In this document: positions 9,051 through 18,194 of the stretch, in pieces
Position numbering within the stretch: the stretch's first letter is position 1
Layout: each line of letters starts with the position of its first letter
IMG/VR virus record: IMGVR_UViG_3300037722_000745
Span: 1-64,000 of that record
Length of the DNA: 64,000 nucleotides
Strand: one strand, 5' to 3'
Source of the DNA: a virus
Taxonomy: Duplodnaviria > Caudoviricetes
The notes under the pieces: model-generated
What the model saw: the letters and a program-made list of their open reading frames with translations, nothing else
Told to the model about the DNA's origin: nothing
Databases searched by the model: none
Translations under genes and position numbers: made by a program

Positions 9051-9887
9051 ATGACCCTGATCTTCGTCACGAAAAGGACAGCCTGGGAACAGTATCAGGC
9101 CCACCGTGAGGCGTTCGGGAGCATCAACGGACCCTCCCTCAAGCGCATGAGGGACAGCCACGACCGGCACACCCAAACGGTGGAGTTCGTCCTGAAGGCT
9201 CTAGACAGCCTCCGGGTGACACCCTGGGTCATAGAAGGCGCCGAAACCCTGTTTCAAGCACAACCCGGAGACACCGTCCTCACGGTCGGAGGCGACGGCA
9301 CTTTCCTGTCCGCGAGCCACAATATCGGTCCGGAAGTCGGCATCATGGGGATCAACAGCGACCCCAAATTGAGCCGAGGACGCTTTTGTTCTGTGCTGTC
9401 CCCGACCAACGCCAATCGCGTGCTCAAGAAAGTCGTCTGGAAGCGGCGTAGAAAATTCCTGGTCCCCCGCATGTCCGTGAAAGTGGACGGGCTCGAAGTT
9501 TCTCGTCGAATCCTCAACGAAGCCCTGTTCAGCCACTCGTGCCCCGCTGCCATGACCCGGGTTATGGCCGGCAAGACCCGCTATGCATGCTCGGGCCTGT
9601 GGGTAGGCACCGCCGCGGGCTCGACCGGCGCCATCCGTTCGGCCGGGGGCAAGGTGCTCCCCCTACGGTCGCCTCTACTTCAGACCGTCGTCCGCGAGCC
9701 CTGTGAACTGGAGACTACAGGACACATCGTGTTGTGTAAGAAACGATTCGAGTTCGTGAGCAAAGTCGGTGATGCAACCCTGTACTTCGACGGCCCTTTC
9801 CTGAGAGTTCCCGTGGGGTTCGATCAAAAGATGACTTTCGAACTGTCCAGCGAGCCGCTGGTGATGGTCGGGCCTATACCGAGTTAG
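9051..9887 (+). CDS. NAD(+) kinase
   Basis: LTVGGDGTFLSAS, GINSDP, ILNEAL, SGLWVGTAAGSTGAIRSAGG, FDG. Confidence 0.9.
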   Translation: MTLIFVTKRTAWEQYQAHREAFGSINGPSLKRMRDSHDRHTQTVEFVLKALDSLRVTPWVIEGAETLFQAQPGDTVLTVGGDGTFLSASHNIGPEVGIMGINSDPKLSRGRFCSVLSPTNANRVLKKVVWKRRRKFLVPRMSVKVDGLEVSRRILNEALFSHSCPAAMTRVMAGKTRYACSGLWVGTAAGSTGAIRSAGGKVLPLRSPLLQTVVREPCELETTGHIVLCKKRFEFVSKVGDATLYFDGPFLRVPVGFDQKMTFELSSEPLVMVGPIPS

Positions 9888-9908
9888 CTCTTGTGTGCTT
9901 GCTACAGT

Positions 9909-10076
9909 ATGACCCTACACGAGCTACTGGAGGCGTTACACAAAGAGGGTGGTTTGGAACTACCTCTCGAACGAATCGAACGCCTCAAAGCCAAGTACCA
10001 TGACCTTGAGGGGCTGGCCGAGTGTGTGGACTCGCTAACCGCAAATCAGTCAAGCAACTCGAGTTCGTCTTCGTAG
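9909..10076 (+). CDS. small hypothetical protein
   Basis: Short co-oriented ORF after the NAD kinase gene. Confidence 0.4.
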   Translation: MTLHELLEALHKEGGLELPLERIERLKAKYHDLEGLAECVDSLTANQSSNSSSSS

Positions 10077-10411
10077 ACCTCTTCTCCGTACATCCCCCCT
10101 CCCCCGTCGTACCCATCGTCCAAATATCCAGGGTGGTAACCTTCGTGGACTTCACGATGGCAGTTAGCGCACAACAGTTCACACTTGTCCAACTCAGGCT
10201 TGGCTCTGGCCCATGAAGTTGCTTCCGAAATGGTGAAGTCCTTGGTCATGGGGTCAGTGTGATGGAAATCAAAAGCGGCCAGACACTTATCGTAGTCGCA
10301 GAGCCGGCACTTCCCTCCGAGGTATTCAACCGCCCTTTTCCGCAATTCCATACGCTTGCGGGCTGCCGAATTACGGCTATTCCAACGCTGAAGGTCACTC
10401 GGGGAACGCAT
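10046..10411 (-). CDS. HNH endonuclease
   Basis: LGGKCRLC..FDFHH.DP..KDF..ELDKCELLCANCHREVH. Confidence 0.88.
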   Translation of the reverse strand: MRSPSDLQRWNSRNSAARKRMELRKRAVEYLGGKCRLCDYDKCLAAFDFHHTDPMTKDFTISEATSWARAKPELDKCELLCANCHREVHEGYHPGYLDDGYDGGGGMYGEEVYEDELELLD

Positions 10412-10455
10412 TTACCCCAGTGGGCGTATTGAAAGATCCCGCACTATCGGTGTAG

Positions 10456-10707
10456 ATGAGTTTTACAGTGACCTTCCCACAAGCCCTACTCGCGTTCGGT
10501 TTGGACGAGTCTCTAGTGACGCTTTTGATGGAGCGATCGCTCCGTGATCCCATCATTCACGCCCATCTTACCCTTGCTGAAATTGGACAGCAGTCGGTGG
10601 TAGAAACGCTTGTCCAAGCGCTGGTATCCTCCAGCGAAAATCGGGATCGTCTCGTCAACGACCTGTGTGACGCGAAGGCCCGCCTGCCCTTTCGCGCTGC
10701 TAAGTGA
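10456..10707 (+). CDS. hypothetical protein
   Basis: 83-aa ORF preceded by GGTGTAG; stop lies 4 nt before the solitary CRISPR repeat. Confidence 0.55.
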   Translation: MSFTVTFPQALLAFGLDESLVTLLMERSLRDPIIHAHLTLAEIGQQSVVETLVQALVSSSENRDRLVNDLCDAKARLPFRAAK

Positions 10708-10711
10708 GCAT

Positions 10712-10747
10712 CCTGAGGGAGGTGAAAGCCTCCCTCGTAATTGAAAC
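10712..10747 (+). repeat. solitary CRISPR repeat unit
   Basis: CCTGAGGGAGGTGAAAGCCTCCCTCGTAATTGAAAC, 35/36 identical to the array repeat; no second repeat nearby; 9 nt before the rnhB ATG. Confidence 0.95.
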
Positions 10748-10756
10748 AAACGACCT

Positions 10757-11449
10757 ATGGCCTCCAGTAACCCCTCTATCCCGCCCGCCCTTGCACGGGA
10801 CCTCGCGACCGTTGATCATGTTTGCGGATCTGATGAGGTCGGTCTGGGATGCTGGGCAGGCTCTCTTGTGGTCTGCGCAGTTGTTGCCCACCGGTCCTGG
10901 GCGTTTCCCGGAGTCACCGACTCGAAGAAGCTCACCCCGGCAGCTCGAGAGCAGCTATACCCAAGACTGACCGCAGAAGAGTCTTTGTCCTACAACCTGG
11001 TGGAATTCTCGGCTCAAGAGATCGATGAGATGGGAGTTGGTGTAGCTTGGAAGAAGGCCCATAGCAACGCCATCCAGGGCGCCCTGGACCTCCACGAAAG
11101 CCGCGGGCACTCAGATACCCCTCTGGTCATCGTAGACGGCAACAGGGGACTTCTGGGCGCACTGGCGCTACCTAAAGCCGATTTGCTCATCCCTGCCGTC
11201 TCGGCCGCCTCCATCATCGCCAAGGTTTACCGTGACCGGCTGATGAAGAAACTGGACGCCGAATATCCCGGCTATGGGTTCTCTTCGCATGTGGGCTACG
11301 GGACGAAACAACATCAGAGGGCGCTTAGCCTCCGGGGTGTGTGTCCGATCCACCGGATGAGCTATGCACCGATGAAGTTCATGCGCAAGAAGACGGAAGA
11401 AGACCCCGGCCTCACTGCGTTGGGGACTGGGATCCATTGCGAGGACTGA
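10757..11449 (+). CDS. rnhB: ribonuclease HII
   Basis: GSDEVGLGCWAGSLVVCAV, DSKKLT, IVDGN, KADLLIPAVSAASIIAKVYRD, HVGYGT..H. Confidence 0.93.
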   Translation: MASSNPSIPPALARDLATVDHVCGSDEVGLGCWAGSLVVCAVVAHRSWAFPGVTDSKKLTPAAREQLYPRLTAEESLSYNLVEFSAQEIDEMGVGVAWKKAHSNAIQGALDLHESRGHSDTPLVIVDGNRGLLGALALPKADLLIPAVSAASIIAKVYRDRLMKKLDAEYPGYGFSSHVGYGTKQHQRALSLRGVCPIHRMSYAPMKFMRKKTEEDPGLTALGTGIHCED

Positions 11450-11509
11450 GTCTCGCCGCAGCGAGCAATGAGTGCGTGACTACACCAAGCCAACCCAATT
11501 CGGCTTCGG

Positions 11510-11746
11510 ATGTTGGGCTGGCCCTTAATGCGAGAGGCTCACGGTGTGTACCCACAATACACATTTGATACATCAGTGGGTTATGGCACGAAGGCACACC
11601 TAGAAGCGATTGAGTGTCACGGTCTCTGCTCTCTGCACCCCACACCGCCGAAGTTTCTCCCCTATGGCCGAAATCATCAGACGAGACGAAGACGAGTTCG
11701 ACATCTTCCAACTCGATCTTCAGGAGCTGGAATAGCTACGGTGTAG
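11510..11746 (+). pseudogene. C-terminal fragment of a second RNase HII
   Basis: YPQYTFDTSVGYGTKAHLEAIECHGLCSLH aligns with YPGYGFSSHVGYGTKQHQRALSLRGVCPIH of the upstream rnhB; catalytic N-terminus absent. Confidence 0.75.
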
Positions 11747-11858
11747 TCCGCCCAGGTGACAACTGAAAAATTTGAACGATCCCTCCAGGTGCTGTTGAGG
11801 GCTGGGATTGAGCGCACATCGCAGGCCACAGTTTGCAGAATACGAAAGGGCTTGCGAT

Positions 11859-12809
11859 ATGAGGACTAAACCGATCTTGAAGTGGGTCGGAGGCAAGAGC
11901 CAACTGCTCAAGCCGCTGGCTGAACTCATCACCAACAAGAGCCGCACCTACTACGAACCCTTCCTCGGTGGCGGGGCCGTGTTTTTCCATTTCGCCGATC
12001 ACTATCGCTTCCGGTCGGCTGTCCTCAACGACTACAACTCCGATCTGATCAACTGCTACGAGGTCGTGCGGGATCGACTACCAGAGCTGCTGCGACGCCT
12101 GGATGCTATCAAGCGCGAGCCCGACTGGAACACACGAGAATACTTCGAGGCCGTCCGAGCGCAAGAGCCCACGGACCCTATCGAACGGGCCGCTCGGCTC
12201 ATCTACCTCAACAAGACGGCCTTCAACGGACTGTATCGGGTCAACCGCGCCGGCAAGTTCAACGTTCCGTTCGGCAAGTACAAGAACCCGACGCTCTACC
12301 ATCATGCTACGATGATCGCGTGCTCTGAAGCGTTGCAAACTTACGCTACTCTTTGCACTGGCGACTATGCTGATGCGGTGAAGGACGCAAAAGAGGGAGA
12401 CCTTGTCTACTTCGATCCGCCCTACGTTCCCGTCTCGGAGACTTCCAACTTCACGTCCTACTCCAGCCAATTCGGGCCAGATGAGCAGCAACAACTCGCC
12501 ACCCTATTCCGAGAACTGTATGACCGTGGGGTGATCGTCGTCCAATCGAACTCAGATGCGCCACTGGTCCGCGAACTGTATGCAGGGTTTGACCAACACG
12601 TTGTGGGGGCAAAACGCAGCATCAATTCCAAGGGGGATAGGCGAGGCGAGGTCAACGAATTGGTGATCGTGGGAAAGCCTAAGGACCTAAGAATCGAAAT
12701 ACCTGCGGCACCTCACATGACCGACATCAGCCCTGTAGAATGCACTACTTGCGGCACTGTCTATAGTTCCTCAGCTATTGTCTGCCCATCCTGCTCTTTT
12801 GGAGCCTGA
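11859..12809 (+). CDS. dam: Dam-family DNA adenine methyltransferase with C-terminal Zn ribbon
   Basis: LKWVGGKSQL, EPFLGGGAV, YLNKTAFNGLYRVN, YFDPPY; CTTC..CPSC tail. Confidence 0.93.
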   Translation: MRTKPILKWVGGKSQLLKPLAELITNKSRTYYEPFLGGGAVFFHFADHYRFRSAVLNDYNSDLINCYEVVRDRLPELLRRLDAIKREPDWNTREYFEAVRAQEPTDPIERAARLIYLNKTAFNGLYRVNRAGKFNVPFGKYKNPTLYHHATMIACSEALQTYATLCTGDYADAVKDAKEGDLVYFDPPYVPVSETSNFTSYSSQFGPDEQQQLATLFRELYDRGVIVVQSNSDAPLVRELYAGFDQHVVGAKRSINSKGDRRGEVNELVIVGKPKDLRIEIPAAPHMTDISPVECTTCGTVYSSSAIVCPSCSFGA

Positions 12810-12932
12810 AATATGCCGACCAAACAACTCTTAAACTCTATTTCGACTGGAGCAAAGTCGGTTACGTGGCGGTCCCGGTTTGCTAGGCAAAGCTCTCCTG
12901 CGCCGATAATCTGTTTCTCGAGTATTGTGAGT

Positions 12933-13268
12933 ATGCCCAGTTACGATCGACGTCATGTTGTTGCAGCTCTTTCAGACGGGCCTGTAGGGCGTGCGCTACA
13001 ACCGGTGTGGAACAGACTCCACGACCTCGAAACTGACCTGGAGACAGCCGCCCATGAGTATGATGTGGCAGGCAGTTACATCGGTAAACCCGCGGAACGC
13101 GATGCCAAAGACATGGTACGTAAGATCCAAGAGGTCGTGAAGGAGTTGGAAGCGCTCTCAATGAAGAAGTTCGATCAGCTAGTAGACGCTGAAGCGAAAT
13201 TCCTTCGCAAGTACGGAAAGCCCGACGTCTACGTTGATCAAGTGCGGCGAGAAATCTTTCCTGATTAG
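12933..13268 (+). CDS. hypothetical protein
   Basis: Helical 111-aa ORF from ATG 12933. Confidence 0.6.
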   Translation: MPSYDRRHVVAALSDGPVGRALQPVWNRLHDLETDLETAAHEYDVAGSYIGKPAERDAKDMVRKIQEVVKELEALSMKKFDQLVDAEAKFLRKYGKPDVYVDQVRREIFPD

Positions 13269-13283
13269 GACCCGCGGTTCGAC

Positions 13284-13439
13284 TCAGTGTTGTTCGATCG
13301 TTTCTAGTTTGTCGTAGTAACGAGGGTCTTCGGTCAGATGATCGATCGCGATCTCGAGAGCTAAATCTCGATCGGACGTGTGCTCCGTCTCAACCTTGAT
13401 CCCCTTGGCAATCTGCTTAGGATCGAAGTCGCCGGGTTT
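13284..13439 (-). pseudogene. DUF5661-like domain remnant
   Basis: My translation: KPGDFDPKQIAKGIKVETEHTSDRDLALEIAIDHLTEDPRYYDKLETIEQH*; two in-frame TGA stops immediately upstream and no start codon. Confidence 0.7.
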
Positions 13440-13504
13440 TCAGCGGCTTCACAGCCGAGTGCAGGGCTCGATCACACGATCCGCAGGGGGTGTCTCCGTA
13501 CTCC

Positions 13505-14303
13505 TCACGGTATCGAACCAACACTCAGTCTCGCCTCGCTTTTCTCTTGCCGCTTACGTTGAGCCTTCGACATCTTAGCACGAGTCTCTGCACTCAACTT
13601 ACGCCCTAACCCTCTACCTTTGTTGGCAGCAGATATCTTGTCCTTGACTTCTTGACTTCTCGATTTACCAGTAATTGCTTGTGTGGCTTTTTTGGTTTGC
13701 CCTTTTCGGTATAGAGGGTTCCACCCACTAGCAATTTTTTTCTGCCAAGCCTCCTTGATAGCGGCGTTCCTCCTAGCTATGACTTGAGGTGATAGCTTAG
13801 GCCCAGGTTTGCCTCTTTTAGTGTCTGCCATTTTTCGGTAACTGGCCTCAGTTAGTACAGGACCTCTTCCCCTTTTGGCCGCAGACATGTTAGCTCTAGC
13901 TTCAGCCGTGTGAACCCTACCCTTATTGGCTTTAGATAGCTTGGCCTTTGTCGTAGAGGATTTTGGGTGGCCAGGAGATGCGCCCTCACCTCCATCAGTC
14001 GTATTGCACAGATTGCACCCTTGATCTCTGTGCCAAGCTATTTGCTTCTTCTCGGCCTCTTCCCAATCACCCACCCGACCCTGTCTCTAGTATTTTGAAA
14101 TCAGGCCGCAGGTCTTGTTGCAGCAAGGAACGAAGCTAACAAACAAGATGCGTGTTGGTCTTGGCTCTTTTCGCGTAGTGCAGATGATTCCTAAGCCGTT
14201 TAGGTACAGTCTGACAGGTCTTACCCACATAACGGATATCATCCGGGAACCTAGGATCAACCAGAGCGTAAATCACCCAAATGTTGTCAGAGAATTTTTC
14301 CAT
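13505..14303 (-). pseudogene. GIY-YIG/NUMOD3 homing endonuclease, inactivated
   Basis: From ATG 14303: VIYALVDPRFPDDIRYVGKT; TAG at codon 56 (14136-14138); frameshift near 14075 into the NUMOD3-repeat frame (TRAKMSKAQR); AT-richer than the flanks. Confidence 0.85.
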
Positions 14304-16455
14304 CTTTGAGGTAGGTGTCTTCTAGACCCGGTATAAGATATTGGCTATTAAGGGTAGTGGGTTCGTGGCCCACTTTCGCAGCCGCCAATTCTACAGCGTC
14401 CTTGAATTCTTTCTTCAACTGTTCTGCCTTCTTGGCCTTATCCTTAGGTAAAGGACCGCCTTTAGTCCGTGTCTGTCTTAAGGAAGATCTAACTTCGTCA
14501 TTGGCGTGGTAGCCGCGAATGTCCTTAGCCGTTGCGCCGAAGGGTTCGAGATAGGCGTTGACCTTCTCGGCGGTAACACAACCGTCGTCCCACGACAGAA
14601 CGCACGTGTCATCGCCTTCGAGCGAATTGTAAGCTTCACGTAGCGCCTTGCGGATGCCGGCGTCAGTGACTCTCTTCTCGTGCTTAACACCGGACTTGCC
14701 CGTGTACCGGATGAGCGCCCCGTCGGACTTGAAACTCACGTGGCGGCGTTGCCAACCCGTTACACCGAAGTGCCCCTCACTCGCAGACTCGTCGTTGCCG
14801 ACCCGTTCGTACGTGTGGTCCATGAGGGCGACCGCCAAAGCCGTCAACTTCGTCTCCGGGTCGCTCGACTTCAGATCCCGCTTGACCTGGGCTCGCAGCT
14901 TCTTGAGCGCCTTTCCGAGCTTGGCGATGCGCTCGGCCTTCTTATTGTTGCGCAGGGCCACCTGGCGCTCACTATAGAGGTAGATGGTGTTGCCTTTATC
15001 AGACTCCCGCTTGGCTTTGTATCTGGCGACAACAGTCTTGGCGTCAATCATAGGCCACCATACAGAGCTAGAATTTCCTTGGCCCAAGCAACTTTGTCCT
15101 CGACTCTCTGGCCCCTCTCGCATCTGCATGTAGGGCCTCTCGCAATGCCTTCGCATCGGAGAAAACTCGAAACTGGCCACGACCTGAGCTGATAGTAGGC
15201 TGCGCCCCAGAGCGGCTTTCTGGATGGTGCGGTCAATCCCTCCCCGTTTGGCAATTCGAAGACCTGCGACACGGAGATTGGGCAGAATCATCTGCACCCA
15301 ATGACGGATCAGCGGGTCAACTGTTCGAGGCCCATACCCAATGAGCATCCCCAGAGCCTCGCAGAAGGCTTCCTCTGGGTTCTTGCCTGCATACCCGGTG
15401 ACGGGGTTCTGCGGAACCGCGAAGGTATCCCCGCGGGCGACAGCAGCCTCGAAGTCCTCCTTCTTGCGGATTTCCCGCACCTCGCCGTGCCCGAACCCGA
15501 GCAGTTCAAGCTGGATGGCCAACGTCGGGTCCACGTCCTTGAGCAATTCACCCATTTCGTGGATCCACGCACCGTCAGGCCACAAGCGCAACGCCTTGTC
15601 GATATCGATCGGTCCGTAATTACCACGAATCGCGGTATCCCAGAACGTGCGATCCTTCTGCCCTAAGTACACCTTGTAGATGTGGTGGCCCATCTCATGC
15701 GCGAGGATCTTCGCGAGCATCTCGGGGCGCTCCCCTGCCGTCAACGACACCTCGATGTACCGACGCTCGTACCGACCCCCTTCATCAAGTTTCCCAACTA
15801 CCTTGGCGTGGATAGGTAGCATCATCCTGAGCATCGGCGGAAACACCTTGCCCGCCCTCTTCCGAAAGATCCGTAGACCGGCTCGGAAGCGCTCCCAGCT
15901 CCCCGCGTACTCACCCTCGATGTCTCCAATTACACGAACCTGGAAACCCTCGACCTCTACCTGGTCAACGTTGGTGATCGGCACATCGTAGTGCTCACGC
16001 CCGATCTCCGACAGGAAGTCGTCCAAGACCTTCCACAGCTCGCGGGCGATCCGCTTGAGCTTGGCGTCCCACTTCTTACTCGCTCGCTGATACTGCTGGA
16101 AGGCCCCTTCCTCCGTGAAATTCTCGTTGTATTTGTGCGGACGGTCCAGCGGCATCTCGTTCAGTGCGAGGTAGAAGTCCCAGCCGGTCTTCCGAAGCTT
16201 CCGCTCGTGCCAGTCTCTGAGATGCTCCGAGATCGAGTCGTCATATTTGAGCTGTTGGTTGACGAATTCGTCGAAGTAGATGCGGTTGAAGCGGTTGCGA
16301 AAAACCTTGAACGCCTCCCGCAGCTCGCTCGCCTGCTTGTAGTCTCGGACCCGCGGGATGTTCTTCGAGAGTTGCAGGAAGTCCTTCCGAAGCTTCTGGA
16401 TGGCGTCTCGGTCGATGCGAATCGACCGGGCAAGGACGGCAGCGGCAGTGGTCAT
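14287..16455 (-). CDS. zincin metallopeptidase-like domain in frame with DNA topoisomerase IB (topo domain 14287-15051, possibly with its own start)
   Basis: LAHEMGHH and YAGKNPEEAFCEAL; topo IB motifs TYERVGN, YTGKSG, TAKDIRGYHA, VGHEPTTLNSQYL; probable start ATG 16455 overlaps the upstream stop. Confidence 0.88.
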   Translation of the reverse strand: MTTAAAVLARSIRIDRDAIQKLRKDFLQLSKNIPRVRDYKQASELREAFKVFRNRFNRIYFDEFVNQQLKYDDSISEHLRDWHERKLRKTGWDFYLALNEMPLDRPHKYNENFTEEGAFQQYQRASKKWDAKLKRIARELWKVLDDFLSEIGREHYDVPITNVDQVEVEGFQVRVIGDIEGEYAGSWERFRAGLRIFRKRAGKVFPPMLRMMLPIHAKVVGKLDEGGRYERRYIEVSLTAGERPEMLAKILAHEMGHHIYKVYLGQKDRTFWDTAIRGNYGPIDIDKALRLWPDGAWIHEMGELLKDVDPTLAIQLELLGFGHGEVREIRKKEDFEAAVARGDTFAVPQNPVTGYAGKNPEEAFCEALGMLIGYGPRTVDPLIRHWVQMILPNLRVAGLRIAKRGGIDRTIQKAALGRSLLSAQVVASFEFSPMRRHCERPYMQMREGPESRGQSCLGQGNSSSVWWPMIDAKTVVARYKAKRESDKGNTIYLYSERQVALRNNKKAERIAKLGKALKKLRAQVKRDLKSSDPETKLTALAVALMDHTYERVGNDESASEGHFGVTGWQRRHVSFKSDGALIRYTGKSGVKHEKRVTDAGIRKALREAYNSLEGDDTCVLSWDDGCVTAEKVNAYLEPFGATAKDIRGYHANDEVRSSLRQTRTKGGPLPKDKAKKAEQLKKEFKDAVELAAAKVGHEPTTLNSQYLIPGLEDTYLKDGKIL

Positions 16456-17840
16456 GTGACGAGCCTCCAGCGGATCTGTACCTGGTCTGGCATGGGCTTG
16501 CCCAGAACGAAAAAGGCGAACGTCTCGGCGAAGTCTTCCGACACGTTCGTTTTGGCGTAAGCGCTCACCGTCTCCACAGAGGCGTTGTTGTCCGGGCTCA
16601 CATATCGCTGCTTCGGCCGAACGAAGTTCTTCTCGACCCAACCTTCACCACGTTCATGGGCGGCGACGAGGTCTTTCTGACGTTGGTTTCCAAACACGTA
16701 GCTAACCCAAGCGAGGAAGGGGGCCTCTAAAGAGGGATCCGACAAGAATCCTACCGCCCTGCGCGGCGAGAACTGAGCCTTCACGAGCGCCTGGAACATG
16801 TCCTGGCGCCCCTTAAGGTCGATACCCTTGCCACTGTAGGCGTCCTCGTAGGCATCCCGCTGGGCGGCGCTGAGCATTTTGTTCCACCACCGGTGGCCCA
16901 GCTCGTGGACCAACGTGTGGAGATCGTCGAAACGCTTTCGGGACTCGACGTTTAGCTTCAAGAGGTCGGCCGACTCGACGTACTTACCTGCAAAGCCCTT
17001 GCCGCTCTTGGCCCCCACCAGCTCAACCTTGCCGTACAGGGCCTTACCGAACCCCTTGGACTTGAGCCGGTCGGCCGCGGTGTCCAGGACCGCAAGGCTT
17101 TCAGCGTACTCGCTGGAACGGTAACCGTACTTGTTGACGATCTGGAAGGGCCCGTGCCGGAACTCCTTCTCGACCTCCGTGTACTCCTGAAGGCGGTTCT
17201 GAACCCGACGCAGGGAGGCCAGAGTCTCGGCGATGGAGTCTAGCGACAAGTTGATCCACGCCCGGGTCTCCCCATCCTCCTGATTGACGTAGCGCGACTC
17301 GAACGGGTACTGGAGCCGGCGAAGCCAGCTCAAGACGTTCTTCATCTTCCGTTGCTCGTCCTGGCGCTCGAACCGAACTCCCTCGAACATCGTCGCCAGG
17401 GGCTCCAGCATCTCCCCTAACCGGACAAAGAGGCGACGGGCTGTCGGGATGTCTCCTTCCTCGATAGCGCGCTCGATGGCCGGCCGGGCCTCGGTGAAGT
17501 CGCGAATATAGTCCGCCACGGGGCGGACCTCTGTTCCTGCGAACCGCATCACGACCCGCTGCGACTCTGAGGCGAGCTTGTCCAGGGCCTTAGTCTCAGG
17601 CACCGCTGCGGCCGGCAGCTTCCGAATCGTGTAGAGCCCCATGATCCGGTTGCTCTTGCGCCCCTTTGGGACGGGCTCGATCTCGATGTAGGGGATCCCG
17701 CTGGAGTCTAGGAACATGCGGACGATTTTGCCGCGCTTGTTCTTGAACTTTCCATACAGGATGTACTCGCCCGGTTTGAAGTAGGCAATCAGGTGGCGGG
17801 TGGCTACGCGGGCGGCCGGCTGGCGGAGTTCCTCGAACAT
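16452..17840 (-). CDS. modular protein with SH3/KOW-like N-domain and zincin (HELGH) domain
   Basis: LVHELGHRWW, YAKTNVSEDFAETF; VATRH and VVMRF motif copies. Confidence 0.78.
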   Translation of the reverse strand: MFEELRQPAARVATRHLIAYFKPGEYILYGKFKNKRGKIVRMFLDSSGIPYIEIEPVPKGRKSNRIMGLYTIRKLPAAAVPETKALDKLASESQRVVMRFAGTEVRPVADYIRDFTEARPAIERAIEEGDIPTARRLFVRLGEMLEPLATMFEGVRFERQDEQRKMKNVLSWLRRLQYPFESRYVNQEDGETRAWINLSLDSIAETLASLRRVQNRLQEYTEVEKEFRHGPFQIVNKYGYRSSEYAESLAVLDTAADRLKSKGFGKALYGKVELVGAKSGKGFAGKYVESADLLKLNVESRKRFDDLHTLVHELGHRWWNKMLSAAQRDAYEDAYSGKGIDLKGRQDMFQALVKAQFSPRRAVGFLSDPSLEAPFLAWVSYVFGNQRQKDLVAAHERGEGWVEKNFVRPKQRYVSPDNNASVETVSAYAKTNVSEDFAETFAFFVLGKPMPDQVQIRWRLVT

Positions 17841-17855
17841 GCCACCTAAAGTGGC

Positions 17856-18194
17856 CTACGCATGAATTATCCCCGATGTGTAGACGTAATCGCCGCGCTG
17901 AGCAGCGGAGGCCATGACAACCGCATCCACGACGCTGACCTTGCTGAGGCCAACAAGGGCCTCCCCCGCGATCCGGGCAAGACGCTCACACAGTGGCTCG
18001 ATGATGATCGCGCTCAGGATCGGGTTGATGCGGGATGGCTTGCCGCGGAACCACTCGACCAGAACCGGCGAGGGAACGGTCACGACCAGATCATCTTGCT
18101 CGGCCGCCGCAAGCACTGCCATCATTCGCCGTTCTTGTCGCTCAAGCGCGATGAGCGCACCCGTGTCGAGCGTCAGTCCGCAGCTGGCGCCCAT
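17856..18194 (-). pseudogene. PIN-domain (VapC-like) toxin, C-terminally truncated
   Basis: LTLDTGALIALER, VLVEW, VVDAVVMASA, then YTSGIIHA* where the TSD acidic residue and last strands are expected. Confidence 0.72.

Noticed and set aside
9133-9143. 11-nt reverse match to the repeat 5' end inside the NAD kinase gene
   Set aside because: Too short, no hairpin or handle, lies in coding sequence.
14136-14138. In-frame TAG suggesting stop-codon reassignment
   Set aside because: TAG and TGA end many clear genes here; the same gene also has a frameshift, so it is a pseudogene.
13440-14310. Group I intron around the GIY-YIG gene
   Set aside because: I could not find P7 R/S core motifs; a covariance-model search would be decisive.
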